64,000 nucleotides of DNA from Christensenellales bacterium (GCA_050945875.1 JBMNTT010000007.1:7701-71700); one strand, 5' to 3'; shown: positions 1-9,771, counted from the first letter of the stretch. Program-made: numbers and translations. The notes: generated from the letters alone by a model not told the origin.

Positions 1-52
1 CCGGGACGTAGGGCGTGATGCCCGCGGCCTTGCGGCTCATGGGAAAGGGCAT
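1..52 (-). CDS. 5' end (17 codons) of a gene running off the left edge; possibly a HisC-like class I/II aminotransferase
   Basis: Minus-strand ATG at 50-52 with AAGGAGGG 7 nt upstream. The visible peptide MPFPMSRKAAGITPYVP resembles the xxPYVPG N-terminal motif of histidinol-phosphate aminotransferases. Too little sequence to be sure. Confidence 0.3.
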   Translation of the reverse strand, partial: MPFPMSRKAAGITPYVP

Positions 53-134
53 GGACGGACCCTCCTTGTGCGAATAATGCCGATAGGGTATTTTAGCACT
101 TTATCACGAGAATGTACAGGCGTTTACCGTCCGC

Positions 135-164
135 TTGACAGCCGGGGCGGGGGAAGCATAAAAT
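135..164 (+). promoter_or_regulatory. sigma-70-like promoter for the surface-protein gene
   Basis: TTGACA (135-140), 18-nt spacer, TAAAAT (159-164), about 70 nt upstream of the ATG at 235. Confidence 0.5.
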
Positions 165-234
165 ATGTTCGTCCGTAGAGCGATTTCGGCCTAGATGGAT
201 GGATACACCGATAAGTACGGAAGGGGAGCAATTT

Positions 235-2151
235 ATGGGAATCACCGACAAACGGCCGGCCCTGCGGGGTCTGGCTATGGGACTGGCCCTGCTGCTGTGC
301 GCGCTGGGCTGGTTCAGTTTGGCCCTGCCCACCGCGCTGGCGGCCGGCTCGATGGCGGTTGTCGCCACCAGCACCACCGAGGCGCTGGAGCAGGGCGGCA
401 AGGTGCGCGTGGTGGTGGAGGTCACCAACACCGGGGACAGCCCCCTGGAGGATGTGTACGTCGTCGACCCGGCTAACCAGTTGGTCGCTGACGTCATTGA
501 GCCCGGGGCTAGCGCCCGCATCGAGTTGGACACCAACGTCAGCGACGCCCAGCTGGGCAAGGCCGTGCCGGTCACCGTGTCGGCCTCCGGCGGCGTCGTT
601 GGCCGAGGCAGCTTCACCGTCGATCGCATCAGCCGCAACCCCGATTTATCCTTTAGCACCTCGGTGGACAAAAAAACCGCCGAGGCCGGGGAGACGGTGG
701 TGTTCACCTACACCGTCAAGAACACCGGCGATGTCACGCTGGACTCGGTCTCCGTCACGGACAGCGCCTTTGGCACCATCGGCCAGGTCAGCGCTCTGGC
801 GGTGGGGGATTCCAAGGTTTTCACCTATACCCACAAGATGACTGGCGACATCACCAGCAGCGCCCGGGCGGACTACACCGCCGGCGATAAGGACGGCAGC
901 AAGGAGGCCAGCCAGGTCGGCGTCACCCTGGTCAGCACCGGCCTGGAGATCAAGGCCGAGGCCAGCGAGACCTCCCTGGACAAGGCGGGGGAGGTCAACT
1001 TCACCGTCACGGTCACCAACACCGGCAATCAGACCCTGACCAATATCGGCGTGAGCGAGCAGAACATCGGCAAGATCGACACCATCGGCTCCCTGGCCGC
1101 GGGCAAGAGCGCCAAGGTGTCCAAGAAGGTCGAGGTGTCCAAGACCACCACCTACGCCTTCACCGCCTCGGGCAAGGACCCCTCGGGCAAGACCGTCAGC
1201 GCCAGCAGCGCCGAGGTCAAGGTCGAGCTGGACGAGCAGCTGGTGCTCGGGGACGGCGCCATCACCCTGATCGTCACCCCCGATCCTGAGGTGCTGACCC
1301 AGGCGGGAACGGTGGATTTTGAAATTCAGGTCATCAACAACTCCGACGCGCAGATCAAGGACGTGGTCATCTCCGAGAAAAACCTGGGCAAGGTGCGCAC
1401 CATCGGCAACCTGGCCGTGGGCAAGGAGACCATCCACTATACCGCGGAGGTCAACAAGGACACGGACTTCACCTTCGTCGCCACCGCCAAGGATGCTGAC
1501 GGCCGATCCGTGGAGTTCACCGCCAGCACGGTGAGCATGCGGGTGCGGCCTGATCCCTCGCCCAGCGAGAGCCCCAGCCCGAGCCCCAGCGTCAGCCCCG
1601 CTCCCCAGGGCGGCAGCAACCCGGTGAGCACCCTGATGACGGTGCTGGGCATCATCATCGTGTTGGTCATCGCCGCGGTGGTCACCCTGATCATCCTCTC
1701 CGTGCAGGAGAAGAAGGCCAAGCAGGCCCGGCAGAAGCGCCGCATGAGCGCCATGGCCAGCCGGCAAGACCAGTACGACGAGGATGATGAGGACGAGGAG
1801 TACGAGGATGAGGAGTACGAGGACGACGAGCCCGAAACGCCGGATAACGTCTCCTTCGATACCCAGCCCCTGGACCTGCAGGTCAACCCCCGGGATCGCA
1901 TCGGCTACTCGGGCTCCGGGGCGGACCCCATGGCCCAAACCCAGCCCGTCCCGGTGGTGCAGCCCCGCCCTGTGAGCCAGGTGCCCAAGGCGCCCATCGG
2001 TTACAACGAGCCGGTGCCGCCCCAGTACACCCAGCCCATTCCGGTGGAGAGCGTCAACCAGCGCACCGAGCAGCCCGCGCCGGCCGCCGATTCGCCCGCC
2101 AAGCCCACCATCCAGAAGAAGAAAGTTTACCGCCTGAAAAAGCCCGAGTAA
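235..2151 (+). CDS. Membrane-anchored cell-surface protein: signal peptide, four DUF11/CARDB-like Ig-fold repeats, PS-rich stalk, one TM helix, long acidic/proline-rich cytoplasmic tail
   Basis: ORF 199-2151. Preferred start is ATG 235 (GGAAGGGGAG about 6 nt upstream), giving the signal peptide MGITDKRPALRGLAMGLALLLCALGWFSLALPTALA. Four ~95-aa units each carry a G-x-V-x-F/V-x-V-x-N-T/N-G/S-D/N-x-x-L motif (VVVEVTNTGDSPL, FTYTVKNTGDVTL, FTVTVTNTGNQTL, FEIQVINNSDAQI). Linker PSPSESPSPSPSVSP; TM VSTLMTVLGIIIVLVIAAVVTLIILSV; tail contains DEDDEDEEYEDEEYEDDE. Confidence 0.8.
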   Translation: MGITDKRPALRGLAMGLALLLCALGWFSLALPTALAAGSMAVVATSTTEALEQGGKVRVVVEVTNTGDSPLEDVYVVDPANQLVADVIEPGASARIELDTNVSDAQLGKAVPVTVSASGGVVGRGSFTVDRISRNPDLSFSTSVDKKTAEAGETVVFTYTVKNTGDVTLDSVSVTDSAFGTIGQVSALAVGDSKVFTYTHKMTGDITSSARADYTAGDKDGSKEASQVGVTLVSTGLEIKAEASETSLDKAGEVNFTVTVTNTGNQTLTNIGVSEQNIGKIDTIGSLAAGKSAKVSKKVEVSKTTTYAFTASGKDPSGKTVSASSAEVKVELDEQLVLGDGAITLIVTPDPEVLTQAGTVDFEIQVINNSDAQIKDVVISEKNLGKVRTIGNLAVGKETIHYTAEVNKDTDFTFVATAKDADGRSVEFTASTVSMRVRPDPSPSESPSPSPSVSPAPQGGSNPVSTLMTVLGIIIVLVIAAVVTLIILSVQEKKAKQARQKRRMSAMASRQDQYDEDDEDEEYEDEEYEDDEPETPDNVSFDTQPLDLQVNPRDRIGYSGSGADPMAQTQPVPVVQPRPVSQVPKAPIGYNEPVPPQYTQPIPVESVNQRTEQPAPAADSPAKPTIQKKKVYRLKKPE

Positions 2152-2160
2152 ACGGAAGAA

Positions 2161-2195
2161 CACCCCCGCGCCGATTTCGCGCGGGGGTGTTTTTG
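2161..2195. terminator. Rho-independent terminator between convergent genes
   Basis: 11-bp GC stem CACCCCCGCGC / GCGCGGGGGTG with a 7-nt loop, followed by TTTTT. Confidence 0.8.
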
Positions 2196-2202
2196 TTGGG
2201 TT

Positions 2203-4236
2203 TTACCAGCGGACCTGGACCGTGGCGCCGGCGGGCACCTGGACCTGGTATCCATCGGCGCAGGGCAGGGCCTCGCCGCCGATGACCCGGGGCGTGCCCG
2301 GACAGGTGAAGATCAGCGTGCCCTCGCCGCAAGCGCAGCCGGTCACGTCGATGCCCTGACCGTCCATGCGCACCCGCACATCGCCGTCCGGGGTGGGCAC
2401 CGCGCCCTGCATCCATTTTAGGCCGCCCAGGTGGGGCCGGACGGTGTAGGCGGCGTAGCCGGGCGCGTCGGGGGTGACGCCCAGGAAATGGCGGCCCAGC
2501 AGGTAGACCGGGCTGGCGCCCCAGGCGTGGCACAGGCTGCGGCCGAAGGGCCGGCCGTACATCGCCAGGTGCTCATCCCCGCTCTCCTTGGGATCGTACT
2601 GCTCCCAGAAGGCCGTCGCGCCCAGGGCGATCATGCCGCCCCAGTAGTCGCGCATTTGGCGCAGCACCTCCTCGTGCTCGCCCACCCGGCACAGCGCGTC
2701 CATCTCGTAAAAGCGCATGTAGGGGGTGGTGATGGCGGGCACCGCGTCGCTCAGCAGGGTGGAGTGGGTGACCCGCGCGCGCTTCTCGTCGTCCAGCAGG
2801 TCCAGCAGGATGGCGAACATCGGCGCGTGCCGGGTGATGATGTTGCTGGGCGCGCCGTCGACCACGTTGCCCTGCAGCGTGCCGCGCGCCTCGTCCCAGA
2901 ACACCTCCATGACCTTGTCGGTCAGGCGCTCGGCGCGCTTAGCGTAGGGCGCGCCGTCGGCCCCGGCCAGCTCGGCGGCCTGGGCCATGGACTTGAGGGC
3001 CTTGATGAGCAGCAGCTGCTCAAAGCACAGGTCCCCATCCTTGGGCAGCACCGCCGCCCAGTCAATGAAGATCCAGTCCCCGGGCTGGCCCTGGATGAAG
3101 CCCTGCTCGTCGCACCGGCTCAGGCAGAAGTCCATGGCGGTCTTCATCAGCGGATACATCTCCACCATGAAGGCGGGGTCCCCGGTGTACTGGTAGTCCT
3201 CGGCGATGGCCTGGAACCAGTAGAGGGTGTAGTCCACGATGGTGTTCATGTGCCGGTCGTAGGGGTCCTTGCCCCGCAGCGCCCGCAGGGTGCGCCGGGC
3301 GATCTGCTTGTCAAAGAAGGCGTAGTGGTTCATCATGACGCTCTGGATGCTGTCCCCGCTCCAGACCCAGCGGTCGCGCTTGATCCCGTCGAGGAAGAAC
3401 TCCCGGCTGGTCAGCTCCAGGGTGTACATGCCGATCTCATGCATGCGGTTGACCAGCGCGTCGTCGCAGGTAAAGCTCCCCCGCCAGGAGAGGGGCAGCG
3501 CCTCGTAGTCCAGGCTGACATCGGCGACCTTGAGCCCCGCAAAGCGCACATAGCGCAGCGCCCGGGTGACGGGCATGCGCACCGGATCGCCGGGGGTGAA
3601 GGGCCCGACCGCCTCGCACACCTCGCAGTGCGCGTCGGACAGGCACTCGGACAGGGACTCGCCGTAGTAGAGCTTGCCCGCCTGGCCGGTCAGGGGGGTG
3701 AAGCGCAGGTAGCCGATGGTCTCCTTGCCAAAGTCGGCGATCTGCCCGCGCTCGCCCTCGGTCAGGGAGGCGACGGCCATGGGCCGGGTGGGCAGCCGCC
3801 AAGCGGACGGGGTCACCGCCGGGTCGGCCAGCAGGGACCAGTGGCCCGCCGCCTTCCACACGCCGTTCATGTTGGTGGCCTGCCAGGTTGCGTCGGTGGG
3901 CACCGCGCCGGAAACCAGCAGCGCCGGGGGCGCGGCCAGGTTGCCCACTCGCACGGCGAAGGTGTGGGTGCCCGCGGGCAGGGTGAAGCTGCCCTGGGCG
4001 TCGGGCCATTCCCGCCCGTCCAGAATGCAGTAGCAGCCGCCGTCGGCGTGCAGGGTGACCTGGCCGGGCTCGGCCAGGGTGTAGGTCTTCTGGAAGGTGA
4101 CGGCGGTGTACCAGCCGTCCATCTTCCACACCGGCGGGCACATCGTCCCCCGCTCCTGGCGCAGCAGGGAGATGCGGCTGTGGTGATAGGCCTCGAACTC
4201 TCCGGGATACCAGATCCAGCAGGCCTCTTGGGTCAT
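2203..4236 (-). CDS. Six-hairpin glycoside hydrolase, alpha-L-rhamnosidase (GH78)-like
   Basis: ORF 2203-4788 trimmed to ATG 4234-4236 (GGAGGAA about 6 nt upstream). The 184 codons upstream of that ATG read through AT-rich intergenic DNA. 677 aa. GIKRDRWVWSGD-type motif and overall layout resemble Bac_rhamnosidase-type enzymes (recognised by eye). Confidence 0.55.
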   Translation of the reverse strand: MTQEACWIWYPGEFEAYHHSRISLLRQERGTMCPPVWKMDGWYTAVTFQKTYTLAEPGQVTLHADGGCYCILDGREWPDAQGSFTLPAGTHTFAVRVGNLAAPPALLVSGAVPTDATWQATNMNGVWKAAGHWSLLADPAVTPSAWRLPTRPMAVASLTEGERGQIADFGKETIGYLRFTPLTGQAGKLYYGESLSECLSDAHCEVCEAVGPFTPGDPVRMPVTRALRYVRFAGLKVADVSLDYEALPLSWRGSFTCDDALVNRMHEIGMYTLELTSREFFLDGIKRDRWVWSGDSIQSVMMNHYAFFDKQIARRTLRALRGKDPYDRHMNTIVDYTLYWFQAIAEDYQYTGDPAFMVEMYPLMKTAMDFCLSRCDEQGFIQGQPGDWIFIDWAAVLPKDGDLCFEQLLLIKALKSMAQAAELAGADGAPYAKRAERLTDKVMEVFWDEARGTLQGNVVDGAPSNIITRHAPMFAILLDLLDDEKRARVTHSTLLSDAVPAITTPYMRFYEMDALCRVGEHEEVLRQMRDYWGGMIALGATAFWEQYDPKESGDEHLAMYGRPFGRSLCHAWGASPVYLLGRHFLGVTPDAPGYAAYTVRPHLGGLKWMQGAVPTPDGDVRVRMDGQGIDVTGCACGEGTLIFTCPGTPRVIGGEALPCADGYQVQVPAGATVQVRW

Positions 4237-4488
4237 GTTGGGTTCCTCCTTTTCGGTATTGCGCCGGGCTAAGGGCCTCGGCCAGTTGCCTCTACCGTAC
4301 CACATCGCGCCGGGACAGACAAGGTTGTCAATTATGCTGGCCCCGGTCCTTATTTCACCTTTCCGCCCTGACGAAATGTGATATAATGGCCCGGGGATGG
4401 GCGCGCCGTGCCGTTGGGTCGGCGGCCTTGTCTCGGAGATCAGGGCCGCGGGGAACTGGTTTAGTGGAATATAAAATAGTTTAGTTTC

Positions 4489-4517
4489 TTGCCTGAATCG
4501 GCAAAAGATAGTATAAT
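4489..4517 (+). promoter_or_regulatory. sigma-70-like promoter for the DUF2461 / PMM / tkt gene string
   Basis: TTGCCT (4489-4494), 17-nt spacer, TATAAT (4512-4517), 30 nt upstream of the GTG at 4547. Confidence 0.55.
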
Positions 4518-4546
4518 AAAGCGATTCTGAAAAGGGGGCGGGCGCG

Positions 4547-5221
4547 GTGACGAATCCTGGCTTTGCGGGAGTGCCGGAGGACGCCTTCCGTTTTTTTGTG
4601 GATATCCGGTTCAACAACCACCGGGCGTTCTTCGAGGAGAACCGCAAGCGGTACGAGCAGTCGGTCAAGCAGCCCTTTTTCGCCCTGGCCGAGGCGCTCG
4701 CCCCGGCCATCGGCCGGGTGGACGAGCGGCTGGACACCCGGCCGCGGCGCGTGGTCTCCCGCATTCGGCGGGACACCCGCTTCACCAAGGATAAGACGCC
4801 CTACCGCGACCATGTGTGGCTGAGCTGGCGGCAGAGCCAGGAGGGCAACGGCGAGTGCTTCGGCGTCTACTTTGAGATCGATGAGATGCACTATGGCTAC
4901 GGCGCGGGTTTCTACGGCAACAACCGCGAGGGCATGGCCGCCTTTAGGGAGAAGCTGCGCAATCCCGCCCAGGCCGAGGCGTTTTTGCGCATCGCCGGGC
5001 GGCTGGACCGGGCGGGCTTCCTGCTGGGGGGTGAGGATTACAAGCGCATCCCCGAGGGCTGTCCCCAGCCGGAACTGCTGCCCTGGTACATCAAAAAAGG
5101 GTTTTATGTCTATCGGGACGTACCCCTGGCCGAGGGGAGCGTGGGTCCCGAGCTGGTGGACGAGCTGGCGGCGGCCTATGAAAAGCTGGGCCCGCTGTAT
5201 CGGTTCATGTACACCGCCTAA
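4547..5221 (+). CDS. DUF2461 (TIGR02453) family protein
   Basis: 224 aa. FRFFVDIRFNNHRAFFEENRKRYE N-terminus and SRIRRDTRFTKDKTPYRDH motif are characteristic of this family. GTG start after a G-rich SD-like AAGGGGG. Confidence 0.7.
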   Translation: MTNPGFAGVPEDAFRFFVDIRFNNHRAFFEENRKRYEQSVKQPFFALAEALAPAIGRVDERLDTRPRRVVSRIRRDTRFTKDKTPYRDHVWLSWRQSQEGNGECFGVYFEIDEMHYGYGAGFYGNNREGMAAFREKLRNPAQAEAFLRIAGRLDRAGFLLGGEDYKRIPEGCPQPELLPWYIKKGFYVYRDVPLAEGSVGPELVDELAAAYEKLGPLYRFMYTA

Positions 5222-5236
5222 AGGAGGGGACGCGAG

Positions 5237-6766
5237 GTGGATTACCACAAGCTCAAGAGCGGCAGCGATATCCGGGGCGTGGCCATCGAGGGGCCGGACA
5301 GCCCGGTCACCCTGAGCGACCGCGCCGCCATGGAGCTGACGGCGGCCTTCGCCGTATGGTTGGCCCGACGGACCGGCCGCAGCCAGCTGACCGTGGCCGT
5401 GGGGCATGACTCCCGGCTGTCGGCCGGGCGGCTGCTCGCGGCGGTCAAGCGGGGCCTGGCGGGCGTGCAGGTGCTCGACTGCGGCCTGTGCACCACGCCG
5501 GCGATGTTCATGACCTGCGTGGACGAGCAGACCCGGTGCGACGGGGCGGTGATGATCACCGCCAGTCACCTGCCGGCCGACCGCAACGGCCTGAAGTTCG
5601 TCACCGCCCAGGGCGGCCTGGAGCCCGCGCAGATCGATGAGATCATCACCCTGGCCGAGGCGGGCAGCCGCCTGGAGGGCGCGGGCTCGATCAAGCCGGT
5701 CAACTACCTGGCCCGCTACGCTCAGGGCCTCAAGCAGCGCATCGCCCAGGCCTTCCCGGGTGTCAAGCTGCCCCTGTCGGGCATGCACATCGTCGTGGAC
5801 GCGGGCGGCGGCGTGGGCGGTTTCTATGCCCATGAGGTGCTCGAGCCTCTGGGGGCGGACGTGTCGGGCAGCCAGTTTTTGCAGCCCGACGGCGCGTTCT
5901 CCGGCCACATCCCCAACCCCGAGGACGCCGGGGCCATGGCCTCGGTCTGTGAGGCCACGGCGCGCGCCGGCGCGGATCTGGGCGTCATCTTCGACGCGGA
6001 TATGGACCGGGCGGGCGCAGTTTTGAAGGGCGGCGTCGGCCTGTACCGCAACCGCCTGGTGGCGCTGATGAGCGCGATGGTGCTCGCCCAGTGCCCCGGG
6101 GGCACCATCGTCACCGACTCGGTGACCAGCTCGGGCCTGGCGCAGTTCATCGCCGACCACGGGGGCCGTCACCACCGCTTCAAGCGGGGCTACAAGAACG
6201 TCATCGACGAGGCCCAGCGCCTGGTGGCCGAGGGTGTGACCTGCCCCATGGCCATGGAAACCTCCGGGCACTGCGCCTTGGCGGAGAACTACTTCCTCGA
6301 CGACGGGGCCTACATGGTCACCAAGCTGATCATCTTCGCCGCCCAGCTGCGCGCGAAGGGCCGCAGCCTGGAGGACCTGCTCGCCGGGCTGAAGGAGCCC
6401 CTGGACGCCGTGGAAATCCGCCTGAACCTGCCGCTGGACCGGTTCCGGGAGTTTGGCCAGGAGGCCATTCATCACGTGCAGGACTATGCCAAGATCGCTC
6501 CGGGATGGAGCCTGGCCCCGGACAACCGCGAGGGTATCCGGGTCAACCTCGACCCCCAGCACGGCGACGGCTGGTTCCTGCTGCGCATGAGCGTGCACGA
6601 TCCCGTGATGCCGCTGAACATCGAGAGCGACCAGGCCGGCGGGGCCCTGGTCATCGCCCGGCAGCTGATGCAGCTGATCGCCGCCCTGCCGGGGGTGGAC
6701 GCCAGCGCCCTGGGGCGCTATATCAACCGCGCTGAGCGCGAACAATCGGGCAAGGGCTGCCTGTGA
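5237..6766 (+). CDS. Phosphomannomutase / phosphoglucomutase family protein
   Basis: 509 aa. Phosphoserine loop TASHLPADRNGLKF, metal loop FDADMDRAG, four-domain length. GTG start 9 nt after AAGGAGG. Confidence 0.8.
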   Translation: MDYHKLKSGSDIRGVAIEGPDSPVTLSDRAAMELTAAFAVWLARRTGRSQLTVAVGHDSRLSAGRLLAAVKRGLAGVQVLDCGLCTTPAMFMTCVDEQTRCDGAVMITASHLPADRNGLKFVTAQGGLEPAQIDEIITLAEAGSRLEGAGSIKPVNYLARYAQGLKQRIAQAFPGVKLPLSGMHIVVDAGGGVGGFYAHEVLEPLGADVSGSQFLQPDGAFSGHIPNPEDAGAMASVCEATARAGADLGVIFDADMDRAGAVLKGGVGLYRNRLVALMSAMVLAQCPGGTIVTDSVTSSGLAQFIADHGGRHHRFKRGYKNVIDEAQRLVAEGVTCPMAMETSGHCALAENYFLDDGAYMVTKLIIFAAQLRAKGRSLEDLLAGLKEPLDAVEIRLNLPLDRFREFGQEAIHHVQDYAKIAPGWSLAPDNREGIRVNLDPQHGDGWFLLRMSVHDPVMPLNIESDQAGGALVIARQLMQLIAALPGVDASALGRYINRAEREQSGKGCL

Positions 6767-6794
6767 ATCAACCCACACAAGGAGGAAGCACCGA

Positions 6795-8777
6795 ATGAAA
6801 CCTGTTGAGAATACCTGTGTCAACGCCATCCGAATCCTCTCCGCCGAGGGCGTGCAGAAGGCCAACTCCGGCCATCCCGGCCTGCCCATGGGCGCGGCCG
6901 CGGCAGCCTTCGCCCTGTGGGGCCGCGAGATGAAGCACAACCCCGCCGATCCCGACTTCGTGGACCGCGACCGGTTCGTGCTCTCGGCGGGCCATGGCTC
7001 GATGCTGCTCTACTCGCTGCTGCACCTGTTCGGCTACGGGCTGACCATCGAGGACCTCCAGCAGTTCCGCCAGCTCGACAGCAAGACCCCCGGCCACCCT
7101 GAGTACGGCCACACCCGCGGCGTGGAGACCACCACCGGCCCCCTGGGCCAGGGTATCGCCAACGGCGTGGGCTTCGCCCTGGCCGAGAGCTACCTGGCCG
7201 CCAAGTTCAACAAGCCCGGCTATCCGGTGGTGGACCACCGCACCTATGTGCTCTGCGGCGATGGCTGCCTGATGGAGGGCATCTCCGGGGAGGCCTCCTC
7301 CTTGGCGGGCACCTGGGCCCTGGATAAGCTGACGGTCATCTACGACTCCAACGACATCTCCATCGAGGGCAGCACCAACATCGCTTTCCGCGAGGACGTG
7401 GCCGCCCGCTACGCCGCCTACGGCTGGCAGGTGCTGCGGGTGGAGGATGGCACCGATGTGGACGCCATCGCCGCCGCCCTGGAGCAGGCCAAGGCCGAGA
7501 CGAACAAGCCCACCATGATCATCGTGCGCACCCAGATCGGCTATGGCTGCCCGGCCAAGCAGGGCAAGAGCAGCGCCCACGGCGAGCCCCTGGGGGCCGA
7601 CAACCTGGCCGCGGCCAAGGCGTTCCTGGGCTGGCCGGCCGAGCCCGCTTTCTATGTGCCCCAGGAGGTGTACGAGTACACCGCCCAGGTGGCCCAGCGC
7701 GGCGCGAAGGCCCAGGCCGAGTGGGAGAGCATGTTCGCCGCCTACGCGAAGGATTACCCCGAGCTGGCCGAGGCCTGGCAGGCCTGGCAGGACAAGCGCC
7801 TGCCCGATCTGCTGCAGGACGAAAGCTTCTGGCGCTTTGAGAAGAAGGACGCCACCCGCAACTCCTCGGGCGAGGTCATCAACCGCCTGGCCGCGATGGT
7901 GCCCAACCTGATCGGCGGCAGCGCCGACCTGGCCCCCTCCACCAAGACCCTGATGAAGGGCCGGGGGGATTACAGCGCCGAGGACCGCAGCGGCAGCAAC
8001 CTGCATTTCGGCGTGCGCGAGTTCGCCATGGCGGCCATCTGCAACGGCCTGGCGCTGCATGGCGGTCTGCGCCCCTACTGCGCGACCTTCTTCGTCTTCT
8101 CCGACTACATGAAGCACGCCATGCGCCTGTCGGCCCTGATGGGCATTCCGGTGACCTATGTGCTCACCCACGACTCCATCGGCGTGGGCGAGGACGGTCC
8201 CACCCATGAGCCCATCGAGCACCTGGCCATGCTGCGCAGCCTGCCGGGCATGACGGTGTACCGCCCGGCCGACAGCCATGAGGTGGCCGCCGGCTGGTAC
8301 CAGGCCATGACCCGCAAGGGCCCGGTGTCCCTGGTGCTGACCCGCCAGACCCTGCCCCTGTACGACATCACCGGCAAGGAGGCCCTCAAGGGCGGCTACA
8401 TCCTCTCCGACAGCCGCAAGGACACGCCGGACGTCATCTTGATGGCCTCGGGCTCGGAGGTTGAGCTGATCGTCAAGGCCCAGCAGGTCCTCTGGGAGCG
8501 GGGGGTGGACGCCCGGGTGGTGTCCATGCCCTCCTTCGAGGTCTTTGAGGAGCAGGACGCCGCCTACCGCGAGGGCGTGCTGCCCAACGCCGTGCGCGCC
8601 CGCCTGGCCGTGGAGGCCGCCGCGCCCATGGGCTGGTACAAGTACGTCGGCCTGGACGGCGATGTGCTGGCCATGGAGGGCTTCGGCGCGTCGGGACCGG
8701 CGGCCCAGCTGTTCGAGCGCTTCGGCTTCACCGTGGACAACGTGGTGAACCGGGCGCTGGCGCTGATCAAGGGCTGA
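6795..8777 (+). CDS. tkt: Transketolase
   Basis: 660 aa. [43 protein letters not shown] motifs; AAGGAGGAA SD. Confidence 0.95.
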   Translation: MKPVENTCVNAIRILSAEGVQKANSGHPGLPMGAAAAAFALWGREMKHNPADPDFVDRDRFVLSAGHGSMLLYSLLHLFGYGLTIEDLQQFRQLDSKTPGHPEYGHTRGVETTTGPLGQGIANGVGFALAESYLAAKFNKPGYPVVDHRTYVLCGDGCLMEGISGEASSLAGTWALDKLTVIYDSNDISIEGSTNIAFREDVAARYAAYGWQVLRVEDGTDVDAIAAALEQAKAETNKPTMIIVRTQIGYGCPAKQGKSSAHGEPLGADNLAAAKAFLGWPAEPAFYVPQEVYEYTAQVAQRGAKAQAEWESMFAAYAKDYPELAEAWQAWQDKRLPDLLQDESFWRFEKKDATRNSSGEVINRLAAMVPNLIGGSADLAPSTKTLMKGRGDYSAEDRSGSNLHFGVREFAMAAICNGLALHGGLRPYCATFFVFSDYMKHAMRLSALMGIPVTYVLTHDSIGVGEDGPTHEPIEHLAMLRSLPGMTVYRPADSHEVAAGWYQAMTRKGPVSLVLTRQTLPLYDITGKEALKGGYILSDSRKDTPDVILMASGSEVELIVKAQQVLWERGVDARVVSMPSFEVFEEQDAAYREGVLPNAVRARLAVEAAAPMGWYKYVGLDGDVLAMEGFGASGPAAQLFERFGFTVDNVVNRALALIKG

Positions 8778-8786
8778 TCCAAAGTC

Positions 8787-8816
8787 GCGCGGGGGCGTTT
8801 GCCCCCGCGCTTTTTT
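8787..8816 (+). terminator. Rho-independent terminator after tkt
   Basis: GCGCGGGGGC / GCCCCCGCGC stem with a GTTT loop, followed by TTTTTT. Confidence 0.85.
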
Positions 8817-8836
8817 CGTGGAAGGAGGTTTTGCCG

Positions 8837-9706
8837 ATGCGCCTTGCGGTCCTGGCGGATATTCATTCCAACGCCACCGCCCTGACGGCGCTCCGCCAGC
8901 GGCTGACCGAAGAGGGGGTGGACGGCGTGTGCATCCTGGGCGACTTGGTCAGCAACTGCCCCCAGCCCCGCCGGGTGCTGGACCTGCTGGCCGACTGGTC
9001 GGCCCATACCCCCTGCTGGGTCCTCGCCGGCAACCGTGAGCGCTATCTGCTCGCGGCCCGCCAGGCTGGGGGTCCGCCCTGGCTGTCGGGCAGCTCGGGC
9101 GGCTCCCTGCGCTACACCTACCAAGCGCTGCGCCCGGCGGACTGGGCCTACCTGGAAGGCCTGCCCACCTCGCTGCGCCTGGAGCTACCCGGCTGCGCCC
9201 CCATCCGCCTGGTGCACGGTTCGCCCGGGGACGACCGGGAGCACATGATCCCCGGCGATCCCGCCACCGAGGCCTATCTGGAATCCTGTGCAGAGCCGGT
9301 GATGCTCTGCGCCCACACCCACCGCCCTTTTCTCTATGGCCATGGGGGCAAGCTGCTGGTCAACCCCGGGCCGGTCTCCGGCGCGCTCGAGGGGGACGTG
9401 CGGGCGCGCTACGCGCTGCTGACCGGGACGGCAGCGGGCTGGCGGGCGCAGCTGGCGGCCCTGGCGTATGACATCGCCGCCGAGCAGCGGGTCTTCTTCG
9501 AGGATGACTTTCTCCAGCAGGCCGGGGTGTGGGGGTGGGCGATCTACCATACCCTGTCCCGGGGCGGTAATCTCTCCTATCGCTGCGGACTGGCGGCTCA
9601 GCGGTTGGCGTCGTCGGAAGGGTGCTCTGAACGCGACTGGGCGCGCATCCCCGAGCGCTTCTGGGTCCAGGCCGCTAGGCAGATGGGCCTCCCCCTGGAA
9701 CCCTGA
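8837..9706 (+). CDS. Metallophosphoesterase family protein (YfcE/MJ0936-like)
   Basis: ORF 8831-9706. ATG 8837 lies 8 nt after GGAGG. Motifs VLADIHSN, ILGDLV, AGNRE, CAHTH. Confidence 0.75.
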   Translation: MRLAVLADIHSNATALTALRQRLTEEGVDGVCILGDLVSNCPQPRRVLDLLADWSAHTPCWVLAGNRERYLLAARQAGGPPWLSGSSGGSLRYTYQALRPADWAYLEGLPTSLRLELPGCAPIRLVHGSPGDDREHMIPGDPATEAYLESCAEPVMLCAHTHRPFLYGHGGKLLVNPGPVSGALEGDVRARYALLTGTAAGWRAQLAALAYDIAAEQRVFFEDDFLQQAGVWGWAIYHTLSRGGNLSYRCGLAAQRLASSEGCSERDWARIPERFWVQAARQMGLPLEP

Positions 9707-9708
9707 AT

Positions 9709-9746
9709 GCAAACGCCCCCTCCGCGATCGCGGAGGGGGCGTTTGC
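9709..9746. terminator. Long perfect palindrome / bidirectional terminator between convergent genes
   Basis: GCAAACGCCCCCTCCGCG-AT-CGCGGAGGGGGCGTTTGC, an 18-bp arm hairpin. The T-tract is weak. Confidence 0.7.
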
Positions 9747-9771
9747 TGGGCATATTGTATAGAATGAAACC

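Noticed and set aside
646-2163. 505-aa minus-strand ORF (together with 93-707 and 1437-1901) opposite the surface-protein gene
   Set aside because: The translation is low-complexity G/L/H/R/D-rich, as expected for the antisense strand of a high-GC gene. There is no SD and no recognisable motif. The plus-strand frame has clear domain repeats, a signal peptide and a TM helix.
2431-4272. 613-aa plus-strand ORF opposite the GH78-like gene
   Set aside because: Antisense shadow ORF with a G/A/V/L/H-rich low-complexity translation and no motifs. The minus-strand frame has an SD and enzyme-like sequence.
4237-4788. N-terminal extensions offered by the ORF track (for example 2203-4788, 27353-28633, 52729-53811, 61131-62297, 15356-16393, 32373-33839)
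   Set aside because: In each case the extension reads through intergenic DNA, terminators or a neighbouring gene. An internal ATG/GTG with a good AGGAGG-type SD begins the recognisable protein, so I trimmed the coordinates accordingly.
4481-6940. 819-aa minus-strand ORF spanning the DUF2461 and PMM genes
   Set aside because: It crosses two well-supported plus-strand genes and their intergenic SD. The translation is low-complexity antisense-type sequence.
6768-8279. 503-aa minus-strand ORF opposite transketolase
   Set aside because: Transketolase is unambiguous on the plus strand, so this is an antisense shadow ORF.
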